Positions 51,130 through 64,000 of a stretch of DNA of 64,000 nt are shown here, piece after piece; the stretch's first letter is position 1, and each line of letters begins with the position of its first letter. Position numbers and translations under genes: made by a program. The notes below the pieces were generated by a model. The model was not told the origin of the DNA and did not search any database. It saw only the letters and a program-made list of their open reading frames with translations. This DNA is from Callorhinchus milii (lineage: Eukaryota), in contig NW_024704746.1 in the NCBI RefSeq assembly GCF_018977255.1, positions 60,078,001 through 60,142,000 of the forward strand. The letters are read 5' to 3'.

Positions 51130-52330
51130 AGGAGGATAAACCGTTATTGGAGGCGGCGTGTAATATTTGGGCTACATTTGGGCTCGTGTCGGGATGACTT
51201 TGGGCTACAAACCGCGTTGGATGGCTGGCGAACCCCCCCGGTCAGAGAGCACGCGAGCCGGGCACCAACACGCATGCGCACTCTCACTCCCTCCCTCCCT
51301 CCCTCCCTCACACACGCGCGCGCGCGCGCGCACACACACAGCGGCGGCTCCGCCAACCGTTAAAACCCCAAACCTCTCGACGTCACCAAATGCCCGAGTT
51401 CACCCACCACTGGACCCCGGGGGGTGCGTCCAGTTTTTTTTGGTATTAAAAAAAAGGAAAATCAAGTCTCCGGCCACGAATTGAGCTCACAAAGGGGGGG
51501 GGGGGCAACAAGAGGGGGGGGGGCAACAAGAGGGGGGCGGGCAACAAGGGGGGGGGGCAACAAGGGGGGGGGGGGAAGCCTACGGCCTACAGTGCGAGCA
51601 ACGGCTCGGAAGCGGCGCGAGGGGAGAGAGAGAGAGAGAGAGAAAGGGAGGAGTGCGCATGAGCCGGGGCTGACCAACGGCCACGACAGCGCATGAGCCT
51701 GAGTGTCGCGGTGGCCTGTGGGAGTTGTAGTTCCCTCCCTCCTTCCCTCCCCTCCGCTGCCGGGTCAGGGAGCCAAAAGCGTTGACCGAAAGCCGGCGGA
51801 ACTACAGGTGCCAGCGGGCAACACGCGCGCCTTCCCCTCCGCCTCCTCCTCCTCCTCCTCACCGCCACACGCCTTTCGTAAGCGGGGGCCAAGCTGCCCA
51901 GCGAGAGGTGAGTCCCCGCTGTGAGTGAGTGCCTCAAGTGACACACCTGGCGGGGCTGTGGGCTGCCGGCGGGCGGGCGGGCGGGCGGGGCTGTGGGCTG
52001 TGGGCCGGGCCGTTCCCCCCCCTTCTCTCTCTCTCTCTCTGTCTCCTATTGTAGCCAAACGGGGTCGGTCGGTAAGTTAACGTCTGTGGATCAGTGTGTG
52101 ACCCGCACTTTTACATCAGTGATGATAGTGATGTGATGATGATCTGATAAGCACAGGGTGTGTGGCCGCCGCTGCACTCGGTTGAAGGGGTGGTGGTGGG
52201 GGGGGGGGAGAAGAGCAGTGCCCCCCCCCCCCCCCCGGTTGCTGTGGGGAGGAATGTCGCTCCCACCCATACGGTGCTGGTGGTGGATTCCCTCGTGCGG
52301 GACTACCGGCAATTCCTGCAAAAAAAAAAG
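51130..52330 (+). promoter_or_regulatory. CpG island / housekeeping-type promoter with probable non-coding first exon ending at 51907
   Basis: Abrupt GC- and CpG-rich block in AT-rich DNA. NRF1 palindrome CGCATGCGCA at 51271-51280, ZNF143-type motif at 51707-51732, CCAAT/GC box near 50961-50975, and consensus donor GAG|GTGAGT at 51907/51908. Confidence 0.8.
51707..51732 (-). promoter_or_regulatory. ZNF143/THAP11-type motif (ACTACAnnTCCCA extended SBS)
   Basis: Minus strand reads AACTACAACTCCCACAGGCCACCGCG. A second, opposite-strand variant AACTACAGGTGCCAGC lies at ~51800-51815. Confidence 0.7.
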
Positions 52331-53689
52331 GATTTTATTTCCATGGGATTTGAATCGATTCTCGGCTTCACGTTGACATTTCAAGCCTCGTGGACGCTTG
52401 TAATTTCACCTGCGTTAGTGTGAGTGAGTGAGTGTGTGTGTGTGAGTGGTGTGTGTGTGTGTATGGGGGGGGGGGAGGGGTGGAGAGATTTATACGTGTA
52501 CTTTTTTTATTGCTCTCGCAGAATTTCTTTCAAACTCACTGGGAAGTGACATGTTGTCGGTGGTGAGAGGAGGGGGAGGAGGGGGTTGGGGGGGTAACAA
52601 GACAAAGAGGTCTTTTTGACGTCGTTTTAAAGGGATATTCGTTTTGTGGCATTTATTTTTGGAGAGGGGTTTGGGTGGTGGGGGGGGGCGTTTGGGGAGG
52701 AAACCTCAGGTTTAGGGAGAGAGAAGAGAGTCAAAAGTGTCATTTGAATCACAATGGCAGCATATGCCAGTGATGCTTGTGACTTTACTGCATTTTCTTA
52801 AAAACACACATCAAGCGCTTTTTGTGAACATGCCATAAATTTCTTTTTATGTCTGAAGGGCCGGGGTTGGCAGCGGGACGCTTTTAGCGAGACTCGGAAG
52901 AAAACCGTGAGATAGAGGTTGTTTTCTGCGAGTAACTTTCACGCGAAGCTGCTGGAATCGTGTCGCAAACTTAAAGACGCAACAAGGAACATGGAAGTTA
53001 TTGTGTCCGTATGTTTTATGTAGTTTGAAAGGTAAAGTTTGCAGAAACTTAAGATTTGCGATAACTGGTACTGCATCAAATGTGCCTATAATGAGGTCCA
53101 CAATGGCGTTTCAAGTTTTAGTACTTTATTTTTAAGTGGCAAATTCTTATAAGTCCTGTTTTGATCAACAGTCTGTCACTGATACTAAAAGCTTTCGTGG
53201 AAGGGATTTTGTAAAGAAACTTAACAATTTGAAGAAAAACATTTTTAGTTCAACTTTCTAGGAATAATACACAAGAAAACATTTAACAGTTTTAAAACTG
53301 GCCACTTTGAGGATAGACACTGAACAGGTCAACAGTTGTGAGTTGAAGAATCTAAAGGTGGCTACTGGTTGATTGAATAATCTCTGTAGGTGTTGTAAGA
53401 AGACTACAATTTTTATGGCCCAGTATCGTGCAATAAAGTTGCCCATGCAGTTGAACAAGCATCAGGTATGATGCAAGAAAACAGATTCTAAAAGCAATAG
53501 TTATCATACTGCATGGTATTTATTCAGTTAGGACCACCCTAACATTTTTTTTTGGCCAGCTGGGTTTCTGACATGTGGAAATCTATCCATGCTTAAGAGT
53601 ATCCAAACAGGACTTAAGTTCCATATATGTATGCCACCTACACATGGAAATTTCACCGTGTCTGGGCATCCTCTCTCTTGAGTGACACA

Positions 53690-54080
53690 ACAACTACAAC
53701 AAAATTACATTTGTAAAGCCCTTTCATGTCAGGAGGACGTCCCAAGGTGCTGAACAATCGGGGATCGGGATCCGAGCGTGGGGAGGCAGGGTTAGGATGA
53801 GGCAGAGAGGTAGGAGAGCGGCTGAAGGCACGGTTGAAAAGAAGGGTCTTGAGTGTGCCTTGAAGGAGGCAAAGGAGGGAGCAAGGCAAAGGGATTGTGG
53901 ATGGAATTCCAAAGGGTGGGGGCAGAGAAGCTGAAAGCCTGGCCGCTGATGGTGGGGTGGGTCAGGCAGGAGATATGGAGCAGGCTGAAACTTGCTGAAC
54001 GGAGGGAGCGGACAGGTTGATAGGAGATTAGCAGGTCGATAGGGGATTAATAGGTCAGAGAGGAAGGAGGGGGCACACCC
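53690..54080 (-). mobile_element. L2 LINE 3' fragment
   Basis: LKTLLFNRAF, with the shared L2 tail. Confidence 0.72.
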
Positions 54081-54804
54081 TGCTTACCTAATTTTGGAGA
54101 TTATTAGGCTAAGATTGGAGACTCTTGAAGTGCATGGGGATAACCTGCTTAAACTGCATACTGTGCCATTGTCTGTCATGCTTCCTGTTGCTTGTCCAGC
54201 TAAGACCACCGTACCAGTTAGGGCTTTGGCTTGCAAGTTTAACATGAGCTGAGTGGGAAACAACTCCAAGGAGATCGCACTCCCCCCGAGGATAGTTATC
54301 CTTCCATTTGAGGCGGTTCAAATGAAAAGGCTATTGACTTGTAAGGCGAAGGCTCTATCTGTAAATCCCAAGTTTGATTGATGAAATGCAAGTGGATAAA
54401 ATATTAGATTACAGAGGATCTGCTGTTCTTTCCAAAGTTCTCAAAAAGAAGTGGATGCCATAACATATCAGCTGCTCTGACTTCATGCTAATAAATAAAG
54501 ATTTAATTGCTTCAAGGTTTGTATGTGAAAGATGGATGCTTGAAGGCATATGAGGATAAGGCAGGGTTAGTGGGTTTGAAACAATACTTTCCTCTGAGAT
54601 CTGGTGCAGACTTGATTGGCTGAATGGCCTCCTTTTCAGCTGTAAATTTCTAGGAGTTGTTTTTAGGCAGGGGTCACCCAACCAGTCGATTGCAAATAGG
54701 CATCCTGTCGCACATGCTCAATTTAATAAATAAATAATAATAATACTTGAATTTGATATAGCGCTTACCGCTTTCAAGCCGTCTCAAAGCACTTCACAGA
54801 TAAC

Positions 54805-55200
54805 AACAAGGTTACATTTGTATAGTGCCTTTCACGTCGGGAGGATGCCCCAAGGCACTGGAAAATCAATGTTTCGGATCCGAGCTGAGGGTCGGGATCA
54901 GGGGAGGGTGGAGGGCAGGTGGGGAAGGAGGTGAAGAGGAGGTTCTTGAAGGAGGCGGAGGGACTGCGGGATGGAGTTCCAGAGGGTGGGGCAAAGTGGC
55001 AGAAGGCCCACCCGCTAATAGTGGGGCAAGTGAGGCAGGGGACGTGAAGCAGGGAGCGGGCAGGTTGGTAGGGGGTTAGGAGGTCGCAGAGGTAGTGGGG
55101 AGCAAGGCCGAGGAGGGCTTTGAAGATGAGGACCAGGATCTTGAGCCATATCCTCTATGTGATGGGAAGCCACTGGATTCGGGCGAGGGTGTGTTATGAA
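54805..55200 (-). mobile_element. L2 LINE 3' fragment
   Basis: Shared tail cctttcacgtcgggaggatgcccc and an FKILVLIFKAL-like segment. Confidence 0.7.
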
Positions 55201-55363
55201 AAGACGAGAGGGAGGAGCAATTATTTACAGCAGTTAAACAATGAAAGTTTATTTTTGTTTTGAGATGCATAAAATACTTTGTGCATTTGGCTTTGTTTTC
55301 AATTGGACTAAATAACTACGCAGTTCTGTTGCTCCTTCCTCTTGTCTGTTTGATCATGCATGA

Positions 55364-55382
55364 GAGCGCCACCTAGTGTTGA
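55364..55382 (-). promoter_or_regulatory. CTCF-motif match (reverse orientation)
   Basis: Minus strand reads tcaaCACTAGGTGGCGCTc. Motif only. Confidence 0.45.
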
Positions 55383-55758
55383 TGGACTAGTTGGAGAGTC
55401 CCGTTTTATTTGGCTACAGTTGAAAGTTTATAAGTTGAACAGTTTTGTTCTTGAAGCCAAATTCTGACCAAAGAGTTAGTTGCTGCCACTCACTTTGGTA
55501 ATCTTCATCAGAAGGTTATTGTTACTTTGTAATACCATTTTTGGTGGATCTGTAAAAATTAAGTGTTCCATGAGAAACTATAGGGAGTTTGTGATTAAAA
55601 AGCTGCACGGAAATCTGGATTTATTATAGGTCTTTTGAGGTTTAATAAGGGTTAGTATCAATATTATTTTTAAAAGTAATTTTAAAACCTAGACAGCTGA
55701 GTTCAACACCGGCTATATTAAGATTGAGTCCCCACACCCACTAACAAGACAACCACAG

Positions 55759-56083
55759 AGTCCTATAGAGTATTGGTAAGAGCACTCGCCTCACAAGCAA
55801 GAAGACTCGGATTTGATTACCGGGCACGGCGAAATCTTAGGCAAGTTTCCTTATTTCACACGCCTGTGTTTACTCAACAGTCAGTAGGAACCTGGTTGTT
55901 AGTCGATTGGTGGATTGCTTTCCAGGGGTAATAATACATCCCCCCAAAAATTATTTGGTCACTTAATCCACGACTCTTTGTGGGACACTGTGGTGCGTAA
56001 TTGGCTGCTGCAGTTCTGTGAAGCATTTTGAGACATCTCAACAATGTGATAAGGCGCTATCTTAAATGCAAAGATCATTATTA
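55759..56083 (+). mobile_element. tRNA-derived SINE, diverged
   Basis: gagtcctatagag...agagcactcgcctcacaagc head, body and tail. Confidence 0.78.
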
Positions 56084-59000
56084 TATAAACCAGAATTTGT
56101 ATTCCTGATCACTAGTGCCTGTGAATGTCCAGTGAGCCTACTGGCCTTAATACCAGTTTGAGGCTTTGTGAGGATGGTGTGAAAAGTGTCTCTTGGACTA
56201 ATGCCAGGAGCTGGCAGACAGATTCCATACTCCGGTGTGATTAACCATTAACCACCTTAAAAGAAGAGGATGGCACCATCAAAATGAATCTTGATTTTTT
56301 TCTGTAATGGTCTCATGTCCATATGGTAACTACTGATAATACCTGATTGGAAAGACATTGAGCGAGGGAGGGAGGGAGGAGTTAACTTCTACAACTGATT
56401 ACCAAATGACCAGATTGTTACAGCAATGCGAATTAATACTGTAATTCACAAACTGATGTATTCAGTGACTCCTTCCACAGCTTCTTCTTAAAATGAAAAA
56501 TAATAATTAAAATCTTACAAAAGTAGGCTCATGAAAATAAGTGTGTTTATGAATGGAATTTGGAATAATTTAATTCTAGTATCTAATTTGTGATTGGTAA
56601 AGTATGTTTGTGTTAATTGTAGCTTCTGGTTTGTGATATTTCTGAATCCCAAGGCAGGCAAAGTCCAAAAACAAGGTATGCAAGGAAAAGTCAACATACA
56701 GTTTTTAGGACTTTGCTGACTTAGCACTTGCGGGTATCTTGGAATTTTGCCACAAAACAGGTTACAATCAGACCCCTATACCATAAACCAGATTTTCCTA
56801 CTCAAAATAAAAATAGCCAGCGACTTCCAGTGCCTTGGAAATCATCAACGTGAAAGCCGCTATATAAATGTAATTTTGTTGTGAGTTGGGACATTAATGC
56901 ATTGTACAATGAAGGCTTACACCTGCTTCACTCACTCAATTGGGTTGCAATCTCAGCAGTTCTATTTTGGAGTGGGGCGTAATAGATGCACTTCATGACC
57001 ATGAGAGAGGGAAAATACCAACAAAATACACAGTCAATTCACTTTACAATATATTCTGTGAAGCGCTTTGAGACGTCTCAATGACATGTGAAGGCAGGAT
57101 ATCAAATGCGAATATCTCAAATTGCAGATCAAGAGGCTAAGGCTGTCTTACAGTATTTTGACTGGTATTAAGAGAAACCATTCATCATTTTTTAACACAA
57201 TGTCTAACACAATGGTACTAATCGTTCCAGTTTTGAAGATCCAATCAGGATTCATCCATCAAATGAGGATTCAGTAGAGGCTTAACCACTGGAAGTATGC
57301 CATTTAACCTATGCAAATCAGATTATTTTCTGTACTCAGCACAGGTAGCTAACAGTAGAAAATTACATCTCCGCAAGGAAGAAAGTTTGCCATTGTTTGA
57401 AAACCCTTAGCCAGCAAATTGTTTGTTACATTACATTGGTTTATTTCTCATCACAATATCTTAATTTACTTTTTCCTACATATGCTTCCAAAGTAACTCA
57501 TCAAAGTGAAGCACTTTGAGATGATAAGAGCTTTGAGATTTTAACATGATATAGTATATAACAACAATAAATAAGTGTTGCCTTTAATATAGTGCCTTTC
57601 ATATCCAGAGAGTATCTCAAAACTTCACTGGATTTTGCAGGTGAATGCGACAGCCTTTGTGTATAACATTGTCCCACATTCGGCCATGTAATTAATGACC
57701 AATTTTATCGCATGATTGTTAACCATTAACATTTGACGCCCATAAAAGGGAGCTGTGTATTATTGGAAACACACTGGTTATAAACTCAGTAGAACGTCAG
57801 AAGATTGCTGGACTGCCATCAACAGCCTGTTTTGATTGATCAGACAAAACATTGTATTTCAGCAAAATAATTAAGCTTTGAAAGACCCAGATATGAACAA
57901 AAAAGTGCCTGGGATAGAATTGAGGTTGGCTCGTGGAACAAGAGTAATCTTCTGCCTCCACTTATTCTGGTGAGTTTTTTTAAAAATATCTGTCTCTGCT
58001 ATTTCACTTTGTCTCAAAGGTTTTACTTTAATATGTGCATTCCAAAAAAGTATCATTACAATTCCTTTAAAGCATCTGTAAATATTTTCCCTTCTACATT
58101 CAGCACAATTCGGTGATTTCAAACGTCTGTAAAGTTTTAAGTTTTCACATTGTCATTCTGTTAATGTATGGCTCATCAGGGATTAAGGAAATGTTCTTGT
58201 ATGTTCCCAGATAAATTGCTCTGGTCTTGAAGGAGAAGGAAACTTTTACCTAATTTGACAGACCTAGTATGGTTCAGGAAACCTTGGAAAGAAAAGGTGT
58301 GCAGCAAAACCCCTGAGGTGCATCAGTACCTTAATCTACAAGTTGACAGTAGGAGGTGGTTTGTTGCATGGAATCACCGGCCAGAGGTCAATCACAGGTA
58401 AGAGGGATTCATCTGTCACAATCTACAGATGATGCCTCTTCATCACTCTGTAAATATCAGATCCATATCAGAGGCTAGTTACATTTGCGGTCAATGTGAA
58501 ACGGATTTGAACAAGTGCATCGGTCCATAGTTTTATATTGCAAACATTTTATCATTTAGAGCTTCAGAGTCTGCTGGAGTGCACCTTAAGGGGAATTATC
58601 AGTGTATGATCTGGTGGCATAGTGGCTAAAACTGACTGTGAAGGGTACCTTCACTGACTTCATTCCAACCCTCTTTGTGTTGCTTTTCTGGGGGTAATAA
58701 TCCTTTCAAAGAAATTAAAATAATTTTGTCACTCAAACCATGACTGTTGGTGGGACACTGCTGTGTGCAATTGACTGCCACGTTTCCCCCACAAAATATA
58801 CAGTCAACTCACTTTACAGTATATCCTGTGAAGCACTTTGACACGTGTCGAAGACGTGATACCGCGCTATTTCAAATGCAAGGATTATGTGACATTTGAG
58901 AATAGATATCATGAATATAGCTTTAGTAAAAGAAAATCCTATTCTGATGTATTATAAAATATAATTTCACAGTTCTGTTTATAGTTCAGAATTTAAAGTA

Positions 59001-59649
59001 ATTGTGCACTACTGCTCAATGACAAACACTACCCAATTTACTGAATACCTAAAGGACTATTCATATTGATATTATGCCACATGAATGTTGAATTTGGTTA
59101 AGTAAATGTAGTGAAAGGAATTTTATTTATCTTTTAACCCATTGAGTCAGATGTATTTAGTTTGCGTATTATTATGTTTTTTTGCAATAAAGGCTTTAAA
59201 TATCTACTGCTTTGTCCTGTTTTTTTTAAAGTTATGATGGGTTTTCAATTATGTTTTCCATACAAGTTGTACTTAAGTTTCACCTTGGCTGAATAAGATG
59301 TAGTGTGTTAAAAAAATCATCTGTTAAAAGTGTCTTTTGTATCTTGTCGCTCATGGCCTCATTTGCATATCACTGTAGCATTTCACAAGTACATGTATGT
59401 TTTTATTGTAAGGCAATATTGTGACCAGAGCTTTGTGCAAAGATATTCTTTCCATATGATTCAGTAAGATGATAGTAATACGACTGGCAGTTTATAAAAT
59501 TGGGCACTTGTACATCAAAGTTAACTGGTTTATTCATAATAATCCTTGCATTTGTTTTATACAAGAAAAATACTATTGTACAATGCATTGTATTCTCAAT
59601 CCTGTTTTTGAGAAGAAGAAGAAGACAATACTTTTTCTGCTTATCTAGT

Positions 59650-60070
59650 CTCAGCCTGGCTCAGGTGGTAGCACTCTCGCCTCTGAGTTAGTGGGTTATG
59701 GTGGGTTCAAGCCCCATGTTGGGACAAGGAGCCTACATAGCCTACGCTGAATTCAGTTCAGTGCTGGAGGTGTGCTTCATTAATGTTTCATCAAAGATGA
59801 CGTCCTTCCGATGCGACATCAAACCGAGGTCTGTCTACCTGTCCAGGTGGACATTAGAGATCATCTGCACTATTCAAGAAAGGAGTTTCTCCCAGTGTAC
59901 TGGCAAACAAGCCCCCAAACTTACTTGCTTCTGGGACGTTGCTGTGTGCAAATTGGGTGCTGCGTTTTCTCACAAAATACTCAGTCGCACTACTTTGATA
60001 TATCCTGTGGAGTGCTTTGAGATAGCTAGAGGATGTGATAGGCGCTATATGAAAGGCAGAGATTATTATA
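59650..60070 (+). mobile_element. DeuSINE-type (SacSINE1-like) element
   Basis: tRNA-like head ggctcaggtggtagcactctcgcctctgagt...ggttcaagccc, followed by a Deu-domain-like core aaaccgaggtctgtct..caggtggacat..gatc..gcactattcaagaa..ggagtttctccc.gtgt.ctggc. Confidence 0.65.
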
Positions 60071-60859
60071 TATATGTGCTTATATATGAAAATCTATGTG
60101 TGTATATATTAATTAACAAAATTAACATGATACATATACTACCTGTAGTATTTGTATCATATTAATTTTGATTAACTTGTACATGTATGTAATCACAGTA
60201 GTCCTAATGCACATTTGGGTTAAGTAAGCAGTTAATTAACCTATTAATTAACCAGTGAATTGTCAGATTTTGTTTTTTGTATGGAATATTTTCAACCAGT
60301 TTAACATAATATGAATAGAATTAACTAGGAATATTTAATGAAACTCCTCAATTCCAACCAAAACTTAGTGTTTTTGCATGGTTTCCCCCCCAGTTTCCTT
60401 TTGAACTCAATACTCAATGTGAGTAACATGATCCCATTGCAGAGTGGCCTTTTTGAAAATGTTTAAGCTGTTGAATGTCTTCTTCCAGAGGTGACAGTGG
60501 TCTGTAACTCTCACTGATTGAAAATGTATACACTTTAACTTTGAAATTCAACATTTTATGCATTATTTTGTGATTGCAGAAAAATACTAATGGTCATTCC
60601 CATGGTGATGAGGCTTCAAGATCCATTCTGCTATTGGTGTTCATTTGTTTTTGTGGAGAGTTCAGTCTCTGGTGGGAACAGTAAGTGATACCATAATCTG
60701 GTTATGTTTTTACTGCTGCAAAGTACACAATGGGAATGTTGAATTAATATTAAAGTATAATAAACATGCAGAGTTCATTGCGTGTGCCAAAGTGATAAAA
60801 GATTACAATATTATAAACTGCAGTCTTAATCTGTTAATTTTTTAAGTCTACAAATCTCT

Positions 60860-61785
60860 TCATGCCCTGGCACTACCCTACTTCGCCAACCTGCTTACTC
60901 CCCACTCCACCACCCTCCGCTTGGCTGGTTCTCGTCTGCTTGTCCCTCGTCCCCTCTGCTCCACCATTGACAGCCGTGCTTTCAGCCACTATGCCCCTGA
61001 ACTTTGGAGCTCTCTCCTTCAATCCCTCCAATTCTTCTGCCTTGCCCCTCGTTTCCCATTTTCAGATTAGGCCTGAAGAGCTTCCTCTCCCCGCCCCCCT
61101 CCCGCGACTCAGCATCAGGCTCCACCACTGTAAGCTCTCTGAGCCGGGCATAAAGTCACTATATAAATAAATGCAAGTTGTTGTTGTAGAGTGCAGAATG
61201 TGAACACATGTACATAATTTGCTGTCCAAACTATTCTAATATACTGTTAGATTCTAACGGTATAACAACATTCTATCAACCTCCCTCCACAGGCTACAGA
61301 TCATCCAGAACTCTGCAGCCTGTGTCCTCTCCGGCACTAGGCTCCGCGACCCTATCACCCCCATCCTTGCCCAACTCCACTGGCTTCCCATCACACAGAG
61401 GATACAGTTCAAGGCCCTCCACGGTCTTTCTTTCCCCTATCTCTCCGATCTCCTAACTCTCTACCATCCTGTTCCCCAGCGCTCAGCGGGCTCCAGCCTG
61501 CTTCACATCCCCCACCTTGCTCGCCCCATTATTGGCGGGCGGCCTTCCACCACTGCACCCATCCTCTGGAACTCCATCCCGCAGTCCTTCTGTCTCGCCC
61601 CCTTCCTCGCCAACTTCAAGACCCACCTCAAGACCCTCCTCTTCGACCGTGCTTTCGATCTTCCTGCTTACCCCCTGCCCTCCACCCTCCCTCATCCCCA
61701 CCCCTAGCTCGGGTCCATAATCCTGTCTGTCCAGCACCTTGGGATGTCCTCCTGACGTGGAAGGCGTTCTACAACTGTAATTTTA
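60860..61785 (+). mobile_element. Two tandem L2 LINE 3' fragments
   Basis: C-rich L2 ORF2 ends ([24 protein letters not shown]) with L2 tails at ~61180 and ~61770. Confidence 0.72.
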
Positions 61786-62584
61786 TGTTTGGGGTCAAAA
61801 TTGAATATTCAAACTGAATTTGAAAATTCCCCGAAAGCATCAAATTCTGAATACGGGTAATATTCAAATGTGACTGAAAATGCTTGAGCCAGTGGACTTT
61901 AATCTGTCATTTTAATTTCCAATGTGAATTAAACTTCTCCTGACTGCATACAGTAATGGCAGTGCTAAATGGATGAAAAGTTCAAGCACTTGTTCCATTT
62001 AAAGTTCTTTCAATCTCCAATAATAACAAATGACTCTTTTCCATTAGGATTTCAGGTCATAGTTTAGGTTGGCATTCCAGTGCAGTAATTGCATAACAAC
62101 CCTTCACATTTTGACAGCATATTGAAAGAACATTTAAAAGCACTTCACTCAGCTGACTGCATTGTTGGACAACGTTGCTGTCCCTCAGATGAGATTTTAC
62201 CCTTAACTAACCAGCCTGTTGAAGGCAACACGAAAGATCCCAAAGTGCGGTCTTGAGAAGAGCGGTTTTCCTATTGCCGCATACATACCCCGACCAAACT
62301 CCGTACCCCCATCTCACCAGTTCTGGCCAGGCTCCACTGGCTCCCTGTCACCGATCGGATCAACTTCAAAATCCTTACAAATGTTCAAATCCATTCACCC
62401 CCTGGCACCTCCCTACCTCTCCCCTTTTTCAAGTCCCTCCTTCCTTTTCGACTGTGCTTATGGTCACCTAGACCACCCCCCACTGGCTCATACTCGGCCT
62501 CTGCCACTGTTAAGCCGCTGAGTCCCTACCCTGCTTGGAGGATGCTGTATAAGTGAAAGTCGTTGTAAAAGTGCAAGTCCGGGG

Positions 62585-63395
62585 CTCTGTCTTGGTGACA
62601 TCATCCGCAGCCATGGAGTCAACTTCCACATGTATGCGGATGACACCCAACTCTATCTTTCTGCCTCCACCCTCAACTCCAGGACCACTGCTGTCCTGAC
62701 AGACTGCCTGTCGGACATCAAGTCCTGGATGAGAGCAAATTTCCAACAGTTGAATGTGAACAAGACTGAGGCCCTCCTGATTGACTCGCGCCAGCGCGTC
62801 TGCACCTCAGGCTCTGGCAGCATCAACCTCCATGGTTGCACATTTCAACTCACCAGCCAGTCAGGAACCCAGGTGTCTTGTTCGACCCTCAACTGTCTTT
62901 TCTTTCCCACATCCAAGCCATGACCTGCTCCCCCTTCCCTCACTTTCATGACCCCATCTCCTCCACTCTCACCCGACTCCATTGGTTCCCTATCCTTCAG
63001 AGGATCCAGTTCAAGATCCTGGTTCTCACCTACAAAGCCCTCCACGGGCTCGCTCCACCCTACCGCTGTGACCTCCTAACCCCCTACCCGCCACTCAGCC
63101 AGCTCCGGCCTGCTCCACGTCCCCCAACCCACCTGTCCCACCATTGGTGGGAGAGCCTTCAGCCACTCTGCCCCCAGCCTCTGGAATTCCATCCCCCAAT
63201 CACTCCGCCTCACCCCCTCCTTAGCCTCCTTCGTCCTGCCTCAAGACCCTCATCTTCGACCATGCCAGAGGCCACCTCCCCTCCCTTCTCCCCCCACCGA
63301 CCCCAGCTTGGGTCTAAAATGCTGTACACTGTCCAGTGCCTTGGGACGTCCTCCTGACGTGAAAAGCCCTATTACAAATGTAATCTTGTTGTCTT
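62585..63395 (+). mobile_element. L2 LINE RT fragment with YADD motif and 3' tail
   Basis: HMYADDTQLY...LTDCLSDIKSWMRANFQQLNVNKTE...LHWFPILQRIQFKILVLTYKALHGLAPPY; frameshifted and deleted. Confidence 0.85.
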
Positions 63396-64000
63396 GGTCA
63401 ACTATCCTTCATATTAAATGGTCATTCGCTTCATGGCTGTTTATAGACCTTTGTTGTGTTATAGTTGCTGTGTTTGCCTATAAAAACAGTCACTGCACAT
63501 AGCAGTGATTACTGTGAAGCACCTTGAGGTGTTCTGTGGCATCATGTGCAATAAAACTTTTAAAATTATGTAGATATGAGGAATATCTCCTCCGATTCTG
63601 TTATTAATGAAAAAGAATTATTAACTGTTAAATAAAGACTGTTTTGAAGCCGATAATAACCATAAATTCGTAAGGTTCTCAGGTCCAACTGATAGATACA
63701 ACAAATTGATTTGGAAATTGCAATCTTTACCAAGAACAGCCAACAAGCGAACATTTTGCTGATTCGTACAAATTAACAGCGTTCCTCTGGTGCTTGATGG
63801 TTGATGTCCCTACTAAACATTTGCAGAATAAACACATTTGCAGGTGTTTTCTAATGGAAAGCATGTTAATATTTTAAACGCTACCAGAAGGTTCTCAGTA
63901 CTCACAATGTTAATAGATCAGTAATGTGTTTTTATGTACTTGGCATTGCTGAGCATTTTACAACATTTTTATGCCTAATATATAATTGGAAACACTTCTT

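Noticed and set aside
60580-60680. Possible plus-strand exon (tgcAG ... aca|GTAAGT) downstream of the CpG island
   Set aside because: Splice-like signals only; the translation resembles nothing I recognise.

Overview
Vertebrate genomic DNA, most likely a cartilaginous fish of chimaera/elephant-shark type. This is inferred from the dense tRNA-derived SINE with (ATT)n tail, L2 and CR1 LINE debris and DeuSINE fragments. Genes from left to right: (1) the last two coding exons of pannexin-2 (PANX2, +, 495-1937 and 4385-4773); (2) a complete-looking but strongly diverged TraB-domain gene (TRABD-like) on the minus strand, with seven spliceable GT-AG coding exons between 32545 and 21682, tail-to-tail with PANX2; (3) an intronless TSPAN6/7-like tetraspanin (-, 46693-45974) whose frame stays open upstream through a Gln-Pro-Cys repeat and whose stop codon abuts a (TGAG)n satellite containing an assembly gap; (4) a CpG-island promoter (~51.1-52.3 kb) with ZNF143/NRF1 motifs and a plus-strand first-exon donor at 51908, for a gene whose coding exons I cannot find in the window. 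The rest is intronic or intergenic, rich in SINEs, LINEs and MITE-like elements, and includes a ~905-bp near-identical direct duplication. Main leads: the inverted, divergent TRABD copy (possible lineage-specific paralog) and the tetraspanin retrogene with a possible Cys/Pro/Gln-repeat N-terminal extension. Homology calls rest on my recollection of the human proteins; no database search was run.
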